Of a DNA stretch of 64,000 nucleotides, positions 28,977 to 41,389 are shown piece by piece; the first letter of the stretch is position 1; the number at the start of each line of letters is the position of its first letter. The notes under the pieces are model-generated. The model was not told the origin of the DNA. It ran no database searches and saw nothing but the letters and a program-made list of their open reading frames with translations. Source of the stretch: an uncultured Candidatus Rokubacteria bacterium (lineage in GTDB: Bacteria > Methylomirabilota > Methylomirabilia > Rokubacteriales > CSP1-6); contig CAVWWD010000007.1 in NCBI GenBank assembly GCA_963758635.1, positions 32,001 through 96,000 of the forward strand, in the 5' to 3' direction. The translations under genes and the position numbers were made by a program.

Positions 28977-29003
28977 CCCTTCGGGTGCAGCCAAGGTGTC
29001 ATC

Positions 29004-30634
29004 ATGGCCATCCCGCACGGACTCATCGGACGCACCGGGCCACGGTGGACGCCGCCCCACATCGGCCGACGCACGAGCTGGCTCCTCGCGAGCCTCGTCG
29101 CCCTGATCGCGCTGATCGTGATCGGCGCGTTCTTCGTGGACGAGCCGCTCCGCCGCTACGTGGAGCGACGGATGAACGAGAGCCTCGACGGCTACACCGT
29201 CAGCATCCGCCGGCTGAGCTTCCATCCCATCGGCGCGTCGCTGACGCTCTACGACGTTGTGTTCGTCCAGAGCGCGCATCCGGACCCGCCCGTGATATTC
29301 ATCCCGCGGCTCGACGCGAGCACGCAGTGGCGCGAGGTGATCCGGCTCAGGGCGGTCGCCAACTTCCGCCTGCAATGGCCGGAGCTGTGGTTGAACTTCA
29401 AGCAGCTGCGCGAGGAGGTCAAGAAGGACACGTCGGTGTCCGACCGCGGGTGGCAGGAGGCGTTCCAGGCGATCTTCCCGCTCAAGATCAACAAGTTCAC
29501 GATCGTCGACGGGAAGGTGACCTACATCGACGAGGGTCCGTTCGCGCCGCTCACGCTCTACAGCGTGAACATCGACGCCGACAACATCCGCAACGTGCAG
29601 TCGGCGGAGCGCACGTATCCCTCGGAGCTTCACGCCGAGGCGCTCGTGTTCGACAAGGGTAAGCTGGTGATCGACGGCAACGCGGACTTCCTGGCCGCGC
29701 CACACCCGAGCGTGAAGGCGCAGGTGAAGCTCGACGACATCGCGCTGAGCTACTTCGAGCCGGTGGCGCGGCGCTACGACGCCGTGCTCAAGGGCGGGCG
29801 CCTGTCGCTGGAGGGCGCCGTGGAGTATGCGCCGACGTTCCGCCAGGTGGATCTCGCCCTGGTCAGGATCGACAACGTGCGGCTCGACTGGGTGCACAAG
29901 CGCGCCGACAAGAGCCCGACGGCCACGGCCGGCACGATGGTCCAGAAGACCACCGAGCAGGTGGCCGACCGGCCCGACATGGTGCTCCGCCTGCGCGAGC
30001 TGCGGATCACGCGCAGCGACCTCGGAGTGATCGACCGGGGCGCGAGCCCCGAGTACCGCGTGTTCCTGACCGGCACCGACGCCAGCATCACGAACCTGGG
30101 CAACCAGCCGGCCGAGGGCCGCTCGGAGGTGAAGATCCGCGGCAAGTTCATGGGGAGCGGCGACGCGTCGTGACGGGATCGTTCCTGGCGAACCCGAAGG
30201 GCCCCGACTTCGACGTGGACATCCGGATCGAGAACACCGACATGACGAGGATGAACGACCTGCTGCGCGCGCACGGGGGCTTCAACGTCGTGTCGGGCAC
30301 CTTCAACTTCTACTCGGAGATCAAGGTCAAGGACGGGCGCATCGCCGGCTACGTGAAGCCGCTGTTCAAGGACCTGGTGGCCTACAACCCGTCCCAGGAC
30401 CGCGAGAAGGGGTTCGTGCAGAAGCTCAAGGAGCGGGTGGTCAACGTGGTCGGCAAGGTGATGAAGAACGTGCCGCGCAAGGAGGTGGCCACCAAGGTCG
30501 ACATCTCCGGGCCGCTGGAGAACCCGGAATACAGCACGCTCCAGGTGATCCTCCGCATCGTCCAGAACGCCTTCTTCAAGGCCATCCTGCCCGGATTCGA
30601 GAGCGCGCCGCGGACGGCGCCGGCGAAAACCTAG
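29004..30634 (+). CDS. DUF748 (AsmA-like) domain protein; one frameshift near 30170
   Basis: N-terminal membrane anchor, beta-rich repeats; C-terminal GYVKPLFKD...ATKVDISG...NAFFKAILPG. Confidence 0.75.
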
Positions 30635-30656
30635 GGCAGGGCGTGGACCGTGCGGG

Positions 30657-31172
30657 TCAGCGTCGGCGCGGCGGGCGGCGCCTGCCTCGGCCCTCGAGCG
30701 CCGTGACGCGGAGCTCGAGGACGTCCAGGCGCTGCCTCGTGATGGGGCTGTCCTCTTCGAGGGATCGTACCCGCCGACCGAGATCGGCCAGCGGCTCGGT
30801 TGCGATGCGGAAGTCGGCGCGAAGCGCTTCCACGAGGACCGTCATGTGCCGCCGTGTTTCCTGATCGCCGGCGGTGATGATCTCTCGCATTCTCCCCTCG
30901 GAGGCCTGAATCTCGGTGGCGAGCCGTTCGCCCATGCGCGCCTCGGAGGCCTGAATCTCGATGGCGAGCCGTTCGCCCATGCGCGCCTCGGAGGCCTGAA
31001 TCTCGATGGCGAGCCGTGTCTCCATCCGTTCCTCGGCGCCCCGGACCTCGTGAGCGATGCGCGTCTCCACGCGGGTCAGGATCCTCGATTCCGTGGCCTG
31101 AAGCTCCCCGGCGATGCGATCGACCAGCCTCTCCTCGAGGGCGACCATGGCGTGGCTCACCTCCGGATCCAT
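30657..31172 (-). CDS. Hypothetical coiled-coil protein with 15-aa tandem repeats
   Basis: RLAIEIQASEARMGE repeats; ETRRHMTVLVEALR. Confidence 0.6.
   Translation of the reverse strand: MDPEVSHAMVALEERLVDRIAGELQATESRILTRVETRIAHEVRGAEERMETRLAIEIQASEARMGERLAIEIQASEARMGERLATEIQASEGRMREIITAGDQETRRHMTVLVEALRADFRIATEPLADLGRRVRSLEEDSPITRQRLDVLELRVTALEGRGRRRPPRRR
30896..31017. repeat. 45-bp tandem repeat (about 2.7 copies), coding
   Basis: cctcggaggcctgaatctcg at 30896, 30941 and 30986. Confidence 0.9.
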
Positions 31173-31383
31173 GCGTCCACTTTGAGGACGGTGGCCGGCG
31201 CTGTCAACTGTGGACGTTCTGATACACCCGCCGGGGGGGGCCTCTGGGGCCGCGACGAGCGCGGCTCGGGAAGCCCGGACATGTGCACGCCGCGCTCGAT
31301 CTTCCTGGCGTTTCGGCGGCTCCTGGCGTAACGTTCCAGGCACAAGCGCGGGAACCCGGCGCGAACCCGGAGAGGAGGACGGC

Positions 31384-31818
31384 ATGCCGAAGATCAAGCA
31401 CATCGCGCTCTCGACCCAGGACGTGGACGGCACCGCGAAGTTCTACATCGACGTGTTCGGGATGAAGGAGATCGCCAAGATCGACAGCCCGGGCGCGCGC
31501 GGCTACTACCTGAGCGACGGCGACATCAACCTGGCCATCCTCAACTTCAAGAACGACGCGGTGGCCGGGGTGGAGCGCGGGAAGGGCTGGAGCGGCATCC
31601 ACCACATCGGCTTTCAGGTGGAGAGCCTGGAAGACATCACCGCGCGCCTCGCCGCCGCTGGCTCGAACCCGCGGGACGACATCAACCAGGCCCTCGGGGT
31701 CGGGCAGGGCAACCGCTACGCGAACGTCGAGATCAAGTACACCGCTCCCGACGGCGTCACGGTGGACGTGTCGGAGCACGGCTGGGTCGGCACCAGCGCC
31801 TTCAGCGCCGGGAGCTAG
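31384..31818 (+). CDS. VOC/glyoxalase family protein
   Basis: KIKHIAL..DVDGTAKFY..VFGM, GIHHIGFQVE, APDG; SD GAGGAG. Confidence 0.88.
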   Translation: MPKIKHIALSTQDVDGTAKFYIDVFGMKEIAKIDSPGARGYYLSDGDINLAILNFKNDAVAGVERGKGWSGIHHIGFQVESLEDITARLAAAGSNPRDDINQALGVGQGNRYANVEIKYTAPDGVTVDVSEHGWVGTSAFSAGS

Positions 31819-31860
31819 GACCGATCGAGGCCGGAGCGCGCGCCGGGCGCGCTCCGGTCG

Positions 31861-32739
31861 TCACACCCGCCACCACCTGGCGATCTCTGCGTCGAGGGTC
31901 GCGCGATCCGGGTAGCGCCGCTCGACCTCCTCGACGAATCGATTCGCCTCGGCCTGCGTCGGCGCCACGTCCTCCGCGTACGCGGAGAAGTCGTAGACCG
32001 ACAGCCGTCCCGTGGGCAGCACCGTGTCCAGCGCCACCACCTCCACGTGCCGATGCCGGAGGACGCTCTCGTAGACGCTCCGGTAGGCCGGCGGATCGTA
32101 GGGCACGCCGGCGTCGGCGGTGGGCGGCGGCGTCGCGATCCCGAGCTGCGCGGCGAGCCGCGCCAGGTCCTGCCACAAGGCGCGCAGCACCTGGGGCGGC
32201 GCGTCCTCGCGCTCTCGCGGGTGGAGGGGACGGGCCGCGCGGCGCTCGCGCTCCGCTTCGAGGAACTCCCTCACGGCTGCTGAAGGCACCGCGATGGCGA
32301 AGCGGCACCCATCGTCGGCCAGGAGCGCCTCCGCGGCGTCGCCGTGCTGCTGCGCCAGCTCCACGAAGCGGTTGCCCACGAACGGTGTCTCGCCCAGGAG
32401 CAGCTCGCGCGGGTCCGCATGGCTCGCGTTCCACGCGGCGACGGCGCTCCGGATCCAGAGCCCCGCGGCCTTGCGGATCACGGCATGCGTGACGCCATCA
32501 CCGATCGGGTAGCGCTGACCGGCCGGGCTCGCCTCGAACACGGGTCGCGCCACGTCCCACTGGAGCAGATGCACGCGCCGGCCGTGGGCCGTGGCGAGGT
32601 GCGTGACCTGGTGGACGACCAGGCTCTTGCCCGTGCCGGGTAGCCCGGCCAGGAACACCATGCGCCTCGCGGCGAGGCCGCGGAGCTGGGTTTCGAGGAC
32701 GGGATCGGCGCGGACGACGAGGGACGACGAGAGGGCCAT
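31861..32739 (-). CDS. Hypothetical P-loop protein
   Basis: FLAGLPGTGKS Walker A; no further family recognised. Confidence 0.65.
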   Translation of the reverse strand: MALSSSLVVRADPVLETQLRGLAARRMVFLAGLPGTGKSLVVHQVTHLATAHGRRVHLLQWDVARPVFEASPAGQRYPIGDGVTHAVIRKAAGLWIRSAVAAWNASHADPRELLLGETPFVGNRFVELAQQHGDAAEALLADDGCRFAIAVPSAAVREFLEAERERRAARPLHPREREDAPPQVLRALWQDLARLAAQLGIATPPPTADAGVPYDPPAYRSVYESVLRHRHVEVVALDTVLPTGRLSVYDFSAYAEDVAPTQAEANRFVEEVERRYPDRATLDAEIARWWRV

Positions 32740-32792
32740 CGCTCAACCGCCGGCCCCCCGCGGCTCGATGAGACGGGGGGCAGGAACGAGGT

Positions 32793-34058
32793 TCAGGGGT
32801 AGAGGCCGCGGACGCGATAGCCCTCGGCCACGCGCCGGACCCCTTCCATGAGGGCCGCGGTCCGCAGGTCCACGCCGTTCTTCTGACCCGCGGCCCACAC
32901 GCGGTTGAAGGCGCGCGTCATGATCTCCTGCAGCCGCGCGGTGATCTCGCTCTCCTTCCAGAACCAGGACTGCAGCCCCTGCACCCACTCGAAGTAGGAC
33001 ACGACCACGCCGCCCGCGTTGGCGAGGATGTCGGGGATCACCGTGATGCCGCGCTCGCGCAGGATGACGTCGGCCTCGGGCGTGGTCGGGCCGTTGGCCC
33101 CCTCGGCGACGATCGCCGCCTTGATCCGGTCGGCGTTGCCCTGGTGGAGCACCGAGCCGACCGCGGCGGGGATCAGCACGTCGCAGGGCTGCTCCAGCAG
33201 CTGCTCGTTGGTGAGCGGCTCCGAGCCCGGGAAGTCCACGACGCTGCCCGTCTCCTTCACGTGCGCCTCGACCTGCCGGATGTCGAGCCCGGCGGGGTTC
33301 CAGATGCCGCCCTTGTAATCGCTCACACCGACGATCATGGCGTTGTCGCGCCAGAGGAGCCGGGCGGCCACGCTGCCCACGTTGCCGAAGCCCTGGACGA
33401 CGATCTTCTGCTTCTTGAGGTCGTGCCCCAGGTGGCTCATCGCCTGGTAGAGGGTATAGACGATGCCACGGCCGGTGGCCTCGCGACGTCCCGCCGACCC
33501 GCCCACGATGAGCGGCTTGCCCGTCACGACGCCGGGCACGCTCTTGCCCTGGGTCATGGAGTACGTGTCCATCATCCAGGCCATCGTCTGCTCGTCGGTG
33601 CCGAGGTCGGGCGCGGGGATGTCGATGTCGGGGCCGATGAACAGGATGATCTCGGCGGTGTAGCGGCGGGTCAGGCTCTCGAGCTCGGCGCGCGACATCG
33701 ACCGCGGCGCGCAGCGCACGCCGCCCTTGGCGCCGCCGTAGGGCAGCTCCATGAGCGCGCACTTCCAGCTCATGAACATCGCCAGCGCCGAGACCTCGCC
33801 CAGGCTCACGTCGTCGGCGTAGCGCAGCCCGCCCTTCGTGGGGCCGAGCACGGTGTTGTGGTGGACGCGGTAGCCGGTGAACACCTGGGTGTGGCCGTCG
33901 TCCATCCGGACGGGCACGGCGACGACGAGCGCGCGGCGCGGATGGCGGAGGCGCTCGTGCACGTCGGGATCGAGCTCGAGCTTCGCGGCCACGCGGTCGA
34001 GCTGGGCGAGGGCGGTGCGATGCAGCTCGGAGTCGAATTCGCCGCCGGTCGAGCTCAT
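32793..34058 (-). CDS. gdhA: Glu/Leu/Phe/Val dehydrogenase (glutamate dehydrogenase)
   Basis: [58 protein letters not shown]. Confidence 0.9.
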   Translation of the reverse strand: MSSTGGEFDSELHRTALAQLDRVAAKLELDPDVHERLRHPRRALVVAVPVRMDDGHTQVFTGYRVHHNTVLGPTKGGLRYADDVSLGEVSALAMFMSWKCALMELPYGGAKGGVRCAPRSMSRAELESLTRRYTAEIILFIGPDIDIPAPDLGTDEQTMAWMMDTYSMTQGKSVPGVVTGKPLIVGGSAGRREATGRGIVYTLYQAMSHLGHDLKKQKIVVQGFGNVGSVAARLLWRDNAMIVGVSDYKGGIWNPAGLDIRQVEAHVKETGSVVDFPGSEPLTNEQLLEQPCDVLIPAAVGSVLHQGNADRIKAAIVAEGANGPTTPEADVILRERGITVIPDILANAGGVVVSYFEWVQGLQSWFWKESEITARLQEIMTRAFNRVWAAGQKNGVDLRTAALMEGVRRVAEGYRVRGLYP

Positions 34059-36231
34059 GGGGTCCCTCCTGCCGAGGATACTCCGCGCGTCGCGCCGGGC
34101 GCGAGCCGGAGCACGGCCAGGGATCGCGCATCGAGGGGATAGGCGCCGCCGGGCTCGAAGGCCGGCGCCTCGCCGACGGCCCAGTCGCGCGTGTCGAGGA
34201 CCAGGTGCCAGCGCGCGCCTCGGCGGCCGGCGGGCAGCAGGAACGGCACGGGCGCGGGCCCCGTGTTCAGGAGCACGAGGAAGGAGTCGCCAGTGATGGG
34301 CTCGCCGGCCTCGTCCACGTCGGGGATGGCGTCGCCGGCCAGGCGGAGGCCGAGACAGCGCGTGTCCGCGTCGTGCCACTCCTCCGCCGTGAGCTCCCCG
34401 CCGCCGGGCGCGAGCCACGACGAGGTCCTTGAGCTCGGCGCCCCCGACGTTCTTTCCGCGGAAGAAGCTCCGCCGATGGAACACCGGATGGGCGAGCCGG
34501 AGCGCGATCAGCCGGCGCACGTAGTCGAGGCGCCCGGCCGCGGCGGGGGAGAGCGGCCACGGGAACCAGGAGAGCTCGCCGTCCTGGCAGTACGCGTTGT
34601 TGTTCCCGCGCTGGGTGCGGCCGACCTCGTCGCCCGCGGTCAGCATCGGCGTGCCCTGTGACAGGAGGAGCGTGGCGAGGAAGTTGCGCGCCTGCCGGTC
34701 GCGGAGGGCCAGCACGTCGGGATCGTCGGTGGGGCCCTCCACGCCGCCGTTCCACGAGAGGTTGTGATCGGAGCCGTCGCGGTTGTCCTCGCCGTTGGCC
34801 TCGTTGCGCTTCGTCTCGTAGCTGACCAGGTCGGCGAGCGTGAAGCCGTCGTGGCAGGTGACGAAGTTCACGCTGGCGTGGGGCCGGCGGCCGCTCCACT
34901 CGTAGAGGTCGCTCGACCCGGTGAGCCGGTAGCCGAGCTCGGCGGCCTGGCCGGGGTCGCCCCGCCACACCCGACGGATCGTGTCGCGGTAGCGGCCGTT
35001 CCACTCCGCCCATCCCGCGGGGAAGTTGCCGACCTGGTAGCCGGCCTCGCCCAGGTCCCACGGCTCGGCGATGAGCTTCACCCGCGAGATGACGGGGTCC
35101 TGCCGGATCGAGGTGAAGAACGCCGACAGCCGGTCCACCCCGTGCGCGCCGCGGGCGAGGGCGGCCGCGAGGTCGAAGCGGAAGCCGTCCACGTGCATCT
35201 CCTCGATCCAGTAGCGCAGGCTGTCCATGACGAGCTGGAGCGCGGCGGGGTGGCGGGTGTCGAGCGTGTTGCCGCAGCCGGTGTAGTCCAGGTACTCGCG
35301 GCGGTTCTCGGGCCGGAGGCGGTAGTAGGAGGCGTTGTCGATGCCACGCAAGGACAGCGTGGGGCCGCGATGGGTGCTCTCCGCGGTGTGGTTGTAGACC
35401 ACGTCGAGGAGCACCTCGAGGCCCGCGCGGTGCAGCTCGCGCACCATGGCCTTGAACTCCGTCGACCTGGGCGCCCGGCGCTCCCGGCGCGGCCAGGCGC
35501 GCGTCCGGCGCGAAGTAGCCGATGGAGTTGTAGCCCCAGTAGTTGGCGAGCCCGCGGGCCACGAGGGGCCGCTCGCTCACGCTCGCGTGCACGGGCATCA
35601 GCTCGACCGCGCTCACGCCGAGCCGTGTGAGGTGCTCGATGGCGGAAGGCGACGCGAGGCCGGCGAACGTGCCGCGCCGGGCCGGCGCCACGTCGGGATG
35701 ACGCGCCGTGAAGCCCTTCACGTGCGCCTCGTAGATCACCGTGCGGTGCCACGGCGTGCGCGGGGGGCGGTCGCCCTGCCAGGCGAACGCGGGGTCGACC
35801 ACGACGCTCCGGAGCGTGTAGGGCGCGCTGTCGCGCGCGTCCGGCACGTCGCCGTCGGGATCGTCCGGGCGATAGCCGCAGAGCGCGTCGTGCCAGCGGA
35901 TCTCCCCGTCGATGGCGCGCGCGTACGGATCGAGGAGGAGCTTGGCGGGGTTGAAGCGATGTCCCTCGGCGGGCGCGTAGCGACCCTGGACGCGATAGCC
36001 GTAGAGGAGGCCGGGGCCCGCGCCCTCCAGGTACACGTGCCACACCTGGTCGGTCCGCTCGCGGATGCGCAGCCGGCCGCGCTCGCGACCGCCGGGCCCC
36101 GGCTCGAACAGGCACAGGTCCACGGCCGTCGCGTTCTCGCTCCAGAGCGCGAAGTTGACGCCGGCGCCGTCCCACGTCGCGCCGAGCGGGGAGGGAGAGC
36201 CCGGGCGCGTCCGGAAGGGCGGGCGGCTCAC
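34055..36231 (-). CDS. glgX: Glycogen debranching enzyme; frameshifts near 35460 and 34420
   Basis: [55 protein letters not shown]. Confidence 0.9.
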
Positions 36232-38450
36232 GCGGGGTCGTGGCGCAGGAGGAGCGCGCCGAGCGGCGGCAGGGTGAGCGTCACCGAGCACGGCTGCCCG
36301 TGCCACGGGACGGGCTCGGCCACGACGCCGCCCGCGTTGCCCACGTCGCCGCCTCCGTAGCGGCGGCCGTCGGTGTTCAGGACCTCGCTCCACGCGCCGC
36401 CGCGGGGCACGCCCACGCGATAGCCGTGGCGCGGGACGGGGGTGAAGTTCGCCACGCAGAGAACGGGCGCCGCCGCCGCCGCGGCGCCGAAGCGGCAGAA
36501 CGCCACCACGCTCTGCTCGGTGTCGGAGCAGTCCATCCACGCGAAGCCGCCGGGCTCGTGGTCGGCCTCGTGGAGCGCGGGCTCGGCGCGGTAGAGGCGG
36601 TTCAGATCCTCCACCAGCGCCTGCACGCCGCGGTGGTACGGCCCCGCCTCGAGGAGGTGCCAGTCGAGGCTCTCGTCGTGGTTCCACTCGCGCGGCTGCC
36701 CGAGCTCGCCGCCCATGAAGAGGAGCTTCTTGCCCGGGTACGCCCACATGAACCCGTAGAGCAGGCGGAGGTTCGCGAAGCGCTGCCACTCGTCGCCCGG
36801 CATCTTGCCGATGAGCGAGCCCTTGCCGTGCACGACCTCGTCGTGGGACAGCGGCAGGACGAAGTTCTCGCTCCACGCGTAGAGGAGGCCGAACGTGAGC
36901 CGGTTGTGGTGGTACTTCCGGTGCACCGGCTCGTTGCGCACGTAGTCGAGCACGTCGTGCATCCAGCCCATGTTCCACTTGAGCCCGAAGCCGAGCCCGC
37001 CGAGATACGTGGGCCGCGACACCTGCGGCCACGCCGTCGACTCCTCGGCGACCATGAGCACGTCGGGATGGGCGCCGTACACCGCCTCGTTCAGGCGGCG
37101 GACGAACGCGATGGCCTCGAGGTTCTCCCGTCCGCCATGGACGTTCGGCACCCACTCCCCGGGTCGCCGCGAGTAGTCGCGGTAGAGCATGGAGGCCACC
37201 GCGTCGACGCGGAGGCCGTCCAGGTGGTAGCGCTCGAGCCAGAAGAGGGCGTTGCCGATCAGGAAGTTCGCCACCTCGCGGCGGCCGTAGTTGAAGACGC
37301 GCGTGCCCCAGTCCGGGTGCTCGCGCTGCCGCGGATCGTCATGCTCGTAGAGGTGCGTGCCGTCGAAGTAGACGAGCCCGTGGGGATCCTGGGGGAAGTG
37401 CGCGGGCACCCAGTCGAGGAGCACGCCGACGCCGCGGCGGTGCAGCTCGTCCACGAAGGCCATGAAGTCCTTCGGCTCCCCGTACCGGCGCGTCGGCGCG
37501 TGATACCCGATCGTCTGGTATCCCCACGAGCCGTAGAACGGGTGCTCCATCACGGGCAGGAGCTCGACGTGGGTGAAGCCCATCCCGACGACGTAGTCAC
37601 CGAGCTGCCGGCCCAGCTCGCGGTAGTCGAGGAAGCGGTGGCCCTGCTCGGGCACGCGCCGCCACGAGCCCAGGTGCACCTCGTACACGCTCATGGGAGC
37701 GCGGAGCGCGTGCCGGGCGCCGCGGCCGGCCATCCACTCGCCGTCGTGCCAGCGGTATCCGTCGAGGTCGTAGACGACGGCGGCGGTGCGGGGCGTCTCG
37801 GGCTCGAGGGCGAAGGCGTACGGGTCGGTCTTGGCGGCGAGCGGCCCGCCCGAGGCGGGGAGGATCTCGTACTTGTACCGCGCGCCCGGCTGGACGCCGG
37901 GGAGGAAGATCTCCCAGATCCCGTTGCCCGGGTGCAGGCGCATCGGATGCACGCGCCCGTCCCAGCCGTTCCAGTCGCCCACCACGCTGACCCGGCGGGC
38001 GTTGGGCGCCCACACCGCGAAGCTGATGCCGTCCACGTCGAGGATGCGCTCCGGGTGGGCCCCCAGCTTGTCGAAGATCCGCTGATGCGTCCCCTCGCCG
38101 AGCAGGTGGAGGTCGAAGGCCGAGAGCCTGGAGGGAAAGCGGTACGGGTCCTCGATCTCCCGCGTGCGGCCGTCGGCCTCGGTGACGCAGAGGCGGTACG
38201 ACGGGAACGCGCCGGCGGGCGCGCTGCGCGCCGGCACGGACGCTTCCCACAGGCCGGCGGGATGCATGGCCCGCATCGGGCGGGGCTGGCTCGCGCCGTC
38301 CGGGCCCCGGACGGCCACCGCGCGGGCGCCGGGCAGGAACGCGCGGATGGTGAGGACGCCGCCCGCCTCGCGATGCGGGCCGAGCACGGCGAACGGGTCT
38401 CCGTGCTCGCCGATGCTCAACGCGTGGACGATGGGCGCGGGCAGGGTCAC
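36228..38450 (-). CDS. glgB: 1,4-alpha-glucan branching enzyme
   Basis: [59 protein letters not shown] start 6 nt after TACAAT. Confidence 0.95.
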   Translation of the reverse strand: MTLPAPIVHALSIGEHGDPFAVLGPHREAGGVLTIRAFLPGARAVAVRGPDGASQPRPMRAMHPAGLWEASVPARSAPAGAFPSYRLCVTEADGRTREIEDPYRFPSRLSAFDLHLLGEGTHQRIFDKLGAHPERILDVDGISFAVWAPNARRVSVVGDWNGWDGRVHPMRLHPGNGIWEIFLPGVQPGARYKYEILPASGGPLAAKTDPYAFALEPETPRTAAVVYDLDGYRWHDGEWMAGRGARHALRAPMSVYEVHLGSWRRVPEQGHRFLDYRELGRQLGDYVVGMGFTHVELLPVMEHPFYGSWGYQTIGYHAPTRRYGEPKDFMAFVDELHRRGVGVLLDWVPAHFPQDPHGLVYFDGTHLYEHDDPRQREHPDWGTRVFNYGRREVANFLIGNALFWLERYHLDGLRVDAVASMLYRDYSRRPGEWVPNVHGGRENLEAIAFVRRLNEAVYGAHPDVLMVAEESTAWPQVSRPTYLGGLGFGLKWNMGWMHDVLDYVRNEPVHRKYHHNRLTFGLLYAWSENFVLPLSHDEVVHGKGSLIGKMPGDEWQRFANLRLLYGFMWAYPGKKLLFMGGELGQPREWNHDESLDWHLLEAGPYHRGVQALVEDLNRLYRAEPALHEADHEPGGFAWMDCSDTEQSVVAFCRFGAAAAAAPVLCVANFTPVPRHGYRVGVPRGGAWSEVLNTDGRRYGGGDVGNAGGVVAEPVPWHGQPCSVTLTLPPLGALLLRHDPA

Positions 38451-38499
38451 ACGTCCATTGTACGTGTGGTCCCTGGATGCCCTGCGCGGATCCAGAAGC

Positions 38500-39112
38500 T
38501 CACGACGCCCGAGTCCTGCTGGCTCCGCGGGAGACGCGGTCATGGCGTCCTGCCTCGCTTTCCTCGACCTGGGACCGGCGAACGGTTTCGCGGATCAGCG
38601 CATGCGGCGAGGTGTCCGTCGTCACGGTCAGCACCGGGCACGACGCCAGGCGCCACCACCTTCTCGGCCACGCTGCCGATGAGCGCGTGCTGGAGGCCCG
38701 TGCGCCCGTGGGTGCCCATGACGATGAGGTCGGCGCCCTGCTCCTGCGCGATGCGGACGATCGTCTCCGCGGGCGGGCCCACGGCCAGCTCGGCGCCCCA
38801 GCGATGCCGGAACGCGTGCGGAATCATGTCGTGCAGCCGCGTGAGCACGACATCGCCCTGGTCGTGCCGGACGACCGTCGTCGGGGGCGCCGGCCAGGGC
38901 GCGCCGAGGCGGGCGCTCGCGCCCGGATCGAACGCGCCGGGATGCCCCGCCGCCGTCCCGACGTAGTACACGTCCGTCTGTGTCCCCGACGGCACGACGT
39001 GCAGCAGCGTCACCCTGGCGTCGTGGGCGCGCGCCTCGTCGAAGGCGTACTCAAGGGCATGCGCGGCGGTGTCGGAGAAGTCCGTCGGGACGAGGACATG
39101 GGTGACTGGCAT
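38500..39112 (-). CDS. Universal stress protein; one frameshift near 38655
   Basis: [34 protein letters not shown]([10 protein letters not shown]). Confidence 0.85.
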
Positions 39113-39198
39113 GACCGCTCCCCTTGCGCGGGGCCGCCGCGCCCGGCCGTGGTGCGGCGGATCGGCCCCGACCGAACAGTGTGAGCGCACGCATGGCG

Positions 39199-39591
39199 TC
39201 AGCGGTACTCGCGGAGGATCCGTCGCGCGACGACCATCCGGTGCACCTCGTCGGGGCCGTCGTAGATCCGCGCCGCGCGGGCCTCGCGGTAGAAGCTCTC
39301 GAGCGGGACCTCGTCCGAGATCCCCATGGCGCCGTGGGCCTGCACGGCGCGGTCGATGACGTCGTGCAGGACCTTGGCGCCGAAGAACTTGATGAGCGAG
39401 ACATCGGTGCGCCAGTCGAGCTTCTGGTCCATCTTCCAGGCGGCCTGGAGCGTCAGTAGCCGCGCCGCTTCCATCTCGGCCCGCGAGTTGGCGACCCAGT
39501 CCTGCACGGCGGGATAGACGTCGCGCTCCATGATCTGGGTCGTCACGCGCCTGAGCTGTTCCTGCTCGGGGGTGGGGCTGAAGTCGATCAT
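39199..39591 (-). pseudogene. Acyl-CoA dehydrogenase with a large in-frame internal deletion
   Basis: ACAD N-terminus MIDFSPTPEQEQLR joined to the C-terminal helices (AVQAHGAMG, RIYDGPDEVHR); only 130 aa. Confidence 0.7.
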
Positions 39592-39755
39592 GGTGGCTCC
39601 TCCGGCCGTTTCCGACGGACGGTGACGCGGGCCTCGCGCTGTCCCAGGCGCCGCTCACGCTCGCCGGCGCCTTGGTTGGAGTGGCCGGTGCAACGGCCGT
39701 GCCCCGACGGTCACGTGCGCATCGCGAGCGGAGAAACGCCGAGCCCGAGTGTACT

Positions 39756-41227
39756 TCACGGGACTCGTGCGTGCCGCGGCCCCCGGGAGCCCATGGGCCG
39801 CGTGGCGAGACGGCGCATCTCAGCGGGGCGGCCGCGCCTCAGCCGGGCCCCGCGTGGGGCGCTGGAGCACCACCGCCGAGCCGCGGTGCGGATTCGAGGG
39901 GCGGCGTTCGAGCGGGCCAACGACATGAAGGTGCTGGGCTCGTACGTCGTTCCGCGCGACGCCGCCGGGCGCGGCCCCGCGGTGGGACGGTGAGTCCGCT
40001 CGCCCCGGCCGCGCCCTATCGTTCCCGCGCGCCCGCCGCCGGGGACGGGAATTCGATAGAGCCGCGCGCAGTTGTCCCAGAGGATCTTGCGGCGAACCTC
40101 GTCGCGGAAGGGCAATCCGAAGAACTGCGCCATGGCCTCCGGGAAGGCGCCATCGGAGTGCGGGTAGTCGGTCGAGACCACGAAGTAGTCCGCGCCCATC
40201 TTGTCGACCACGTCCACCGCGGGCTCCTCGTCCACGTCGAGCGCGATGTAGCACTGCCGCTTGAAGTACTCGCTCGGCGTCATCGAGAGCTGGTGTTCGC
40301 AGCCCGGGCCGAACTTCTCCCACTGGTCGTCGAGCCGCCACAGCCACCAGTGGAGCCACCCGGCCGTCCCTTCGAGGAAGGCGCAGCGGAGCCCGGGTGA
40401 CGCTCGAGGATCCCGCCCGTGGTCATGCTGGCGATCGCCCCCATCAGCTCCACCGGGTTGCGGATGGCATGGGCGATCGGCTGGAAGTTGGCGTGGCCCA
40501 CGTAGCGCCGCCCCGCGTCGTCCTTCAGCGAGGTGTTGCCGGTCGGATGGAACCCGATCGGCACGTCGAGATCCTCGAGCGCGCTCCACAGCGGGTCGCA
40601 GGCCTCGTCGTGCAGGTGCTGACCGTTGACCGGGTTCGGGGTGCCGATGACGGCGACGGCGCCGAGCTCCTTGACGCAGCGGCGGGCCTCCTCGATCGCG
40701 GCGGAGATGCTGTGCATCGCGACCTGGGCGGCGAACTTGAGCCGCGCGGGATGGCGCCGGCAGTAGTCGGACGCCCAGTTGTTGTAGGCGCGGGCGAGGG
40801 CGGCGGCGTAGTCGGGAGCGAGGTCGTCGTGCATCAGGATCTGGCGCCCGCGGGTGCCGTACATCACGGCGACGTCGACGCCTTCGATGTCCATCGCGGT
40901 CAGGGTGGAGTCGGGGTCGAACCCACGCCCGCGCGCCACCTGGAAGTGCGGGTGCCGCGCGCGGCTCCGGCGCCGCAGCTCGCGGCTCGACGCGGTGGCG
41001 CCGCTGGCGGTGGCGTGCGCGGGGATGGCCAGGCCCTGCACCTCCATCCCCATGATGGTGTCGGCGTTTCCCTTGTCGTCACCGCTGGCGCTCAGGCTCT
41101 GCCGCTGGCCCCCGAAGAACCGCGGCAGGTTGGCGCGGTGGGGGCCTTCGAGGTAACGGCTCCACAGGTCGTCCGGCTCCATCATGTGCAGGTCGCTGTC
41201 GAGGATCAGGTATCCGTCACGTGCCAT
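39756..41227 (-). CDS. Amidohydrolase family protein; frameshift near 40395; true 3' end uncertain (about 40020)
   Basis: LDSDLHMMEP, GFHP, FLEG, STDYPHSD, ILWDNCARLY. Confidence 0.8.
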
Positions 41228-41305
41228 GTCACACCTCCAGGGTTCTGGGGTTCTCGGACGCCCGGGGCGCTCGCGCGGCCACCCGCCGACCTGCCGCCCG
41301 ACCGA

Positions 41306-41389
41306 TCAGACGGCCGTCATCGGGCGCATGGTCCGCACGGCCTGGATCGCCATGGGGCCGACTCTAGGGGCGGGGATACCTTCTGTCAA
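41306..41389 (-). promoter_or_regulatory. sigma70 promoter followed by a leaderless 15-aa uORF
   Basis: TTGACA-17bp-TAGAGT, 7 nt, then ATG of MAIQAVRTMRPMTAV* (41353-41306). Confidence 0.5.

Noticed and set aside
30896..31017. Possible CRISPR array
   Set aside because: Contiguous in-frame coding repeat without spacers
32793..35447. Apparent 884-aa GlgX-glutamate dehydrogenase fusion
   Set aside because: Caused by an indel near 34420; the true GlgX C-terminus is in ORF 34055..34318 and gdh has its own ATG at 34058
39622..39993. ORF with faint similarity to an adenylation-domain tail (VRIRG..YVVP)
   Set aside because: Similarity too weak to support without a search
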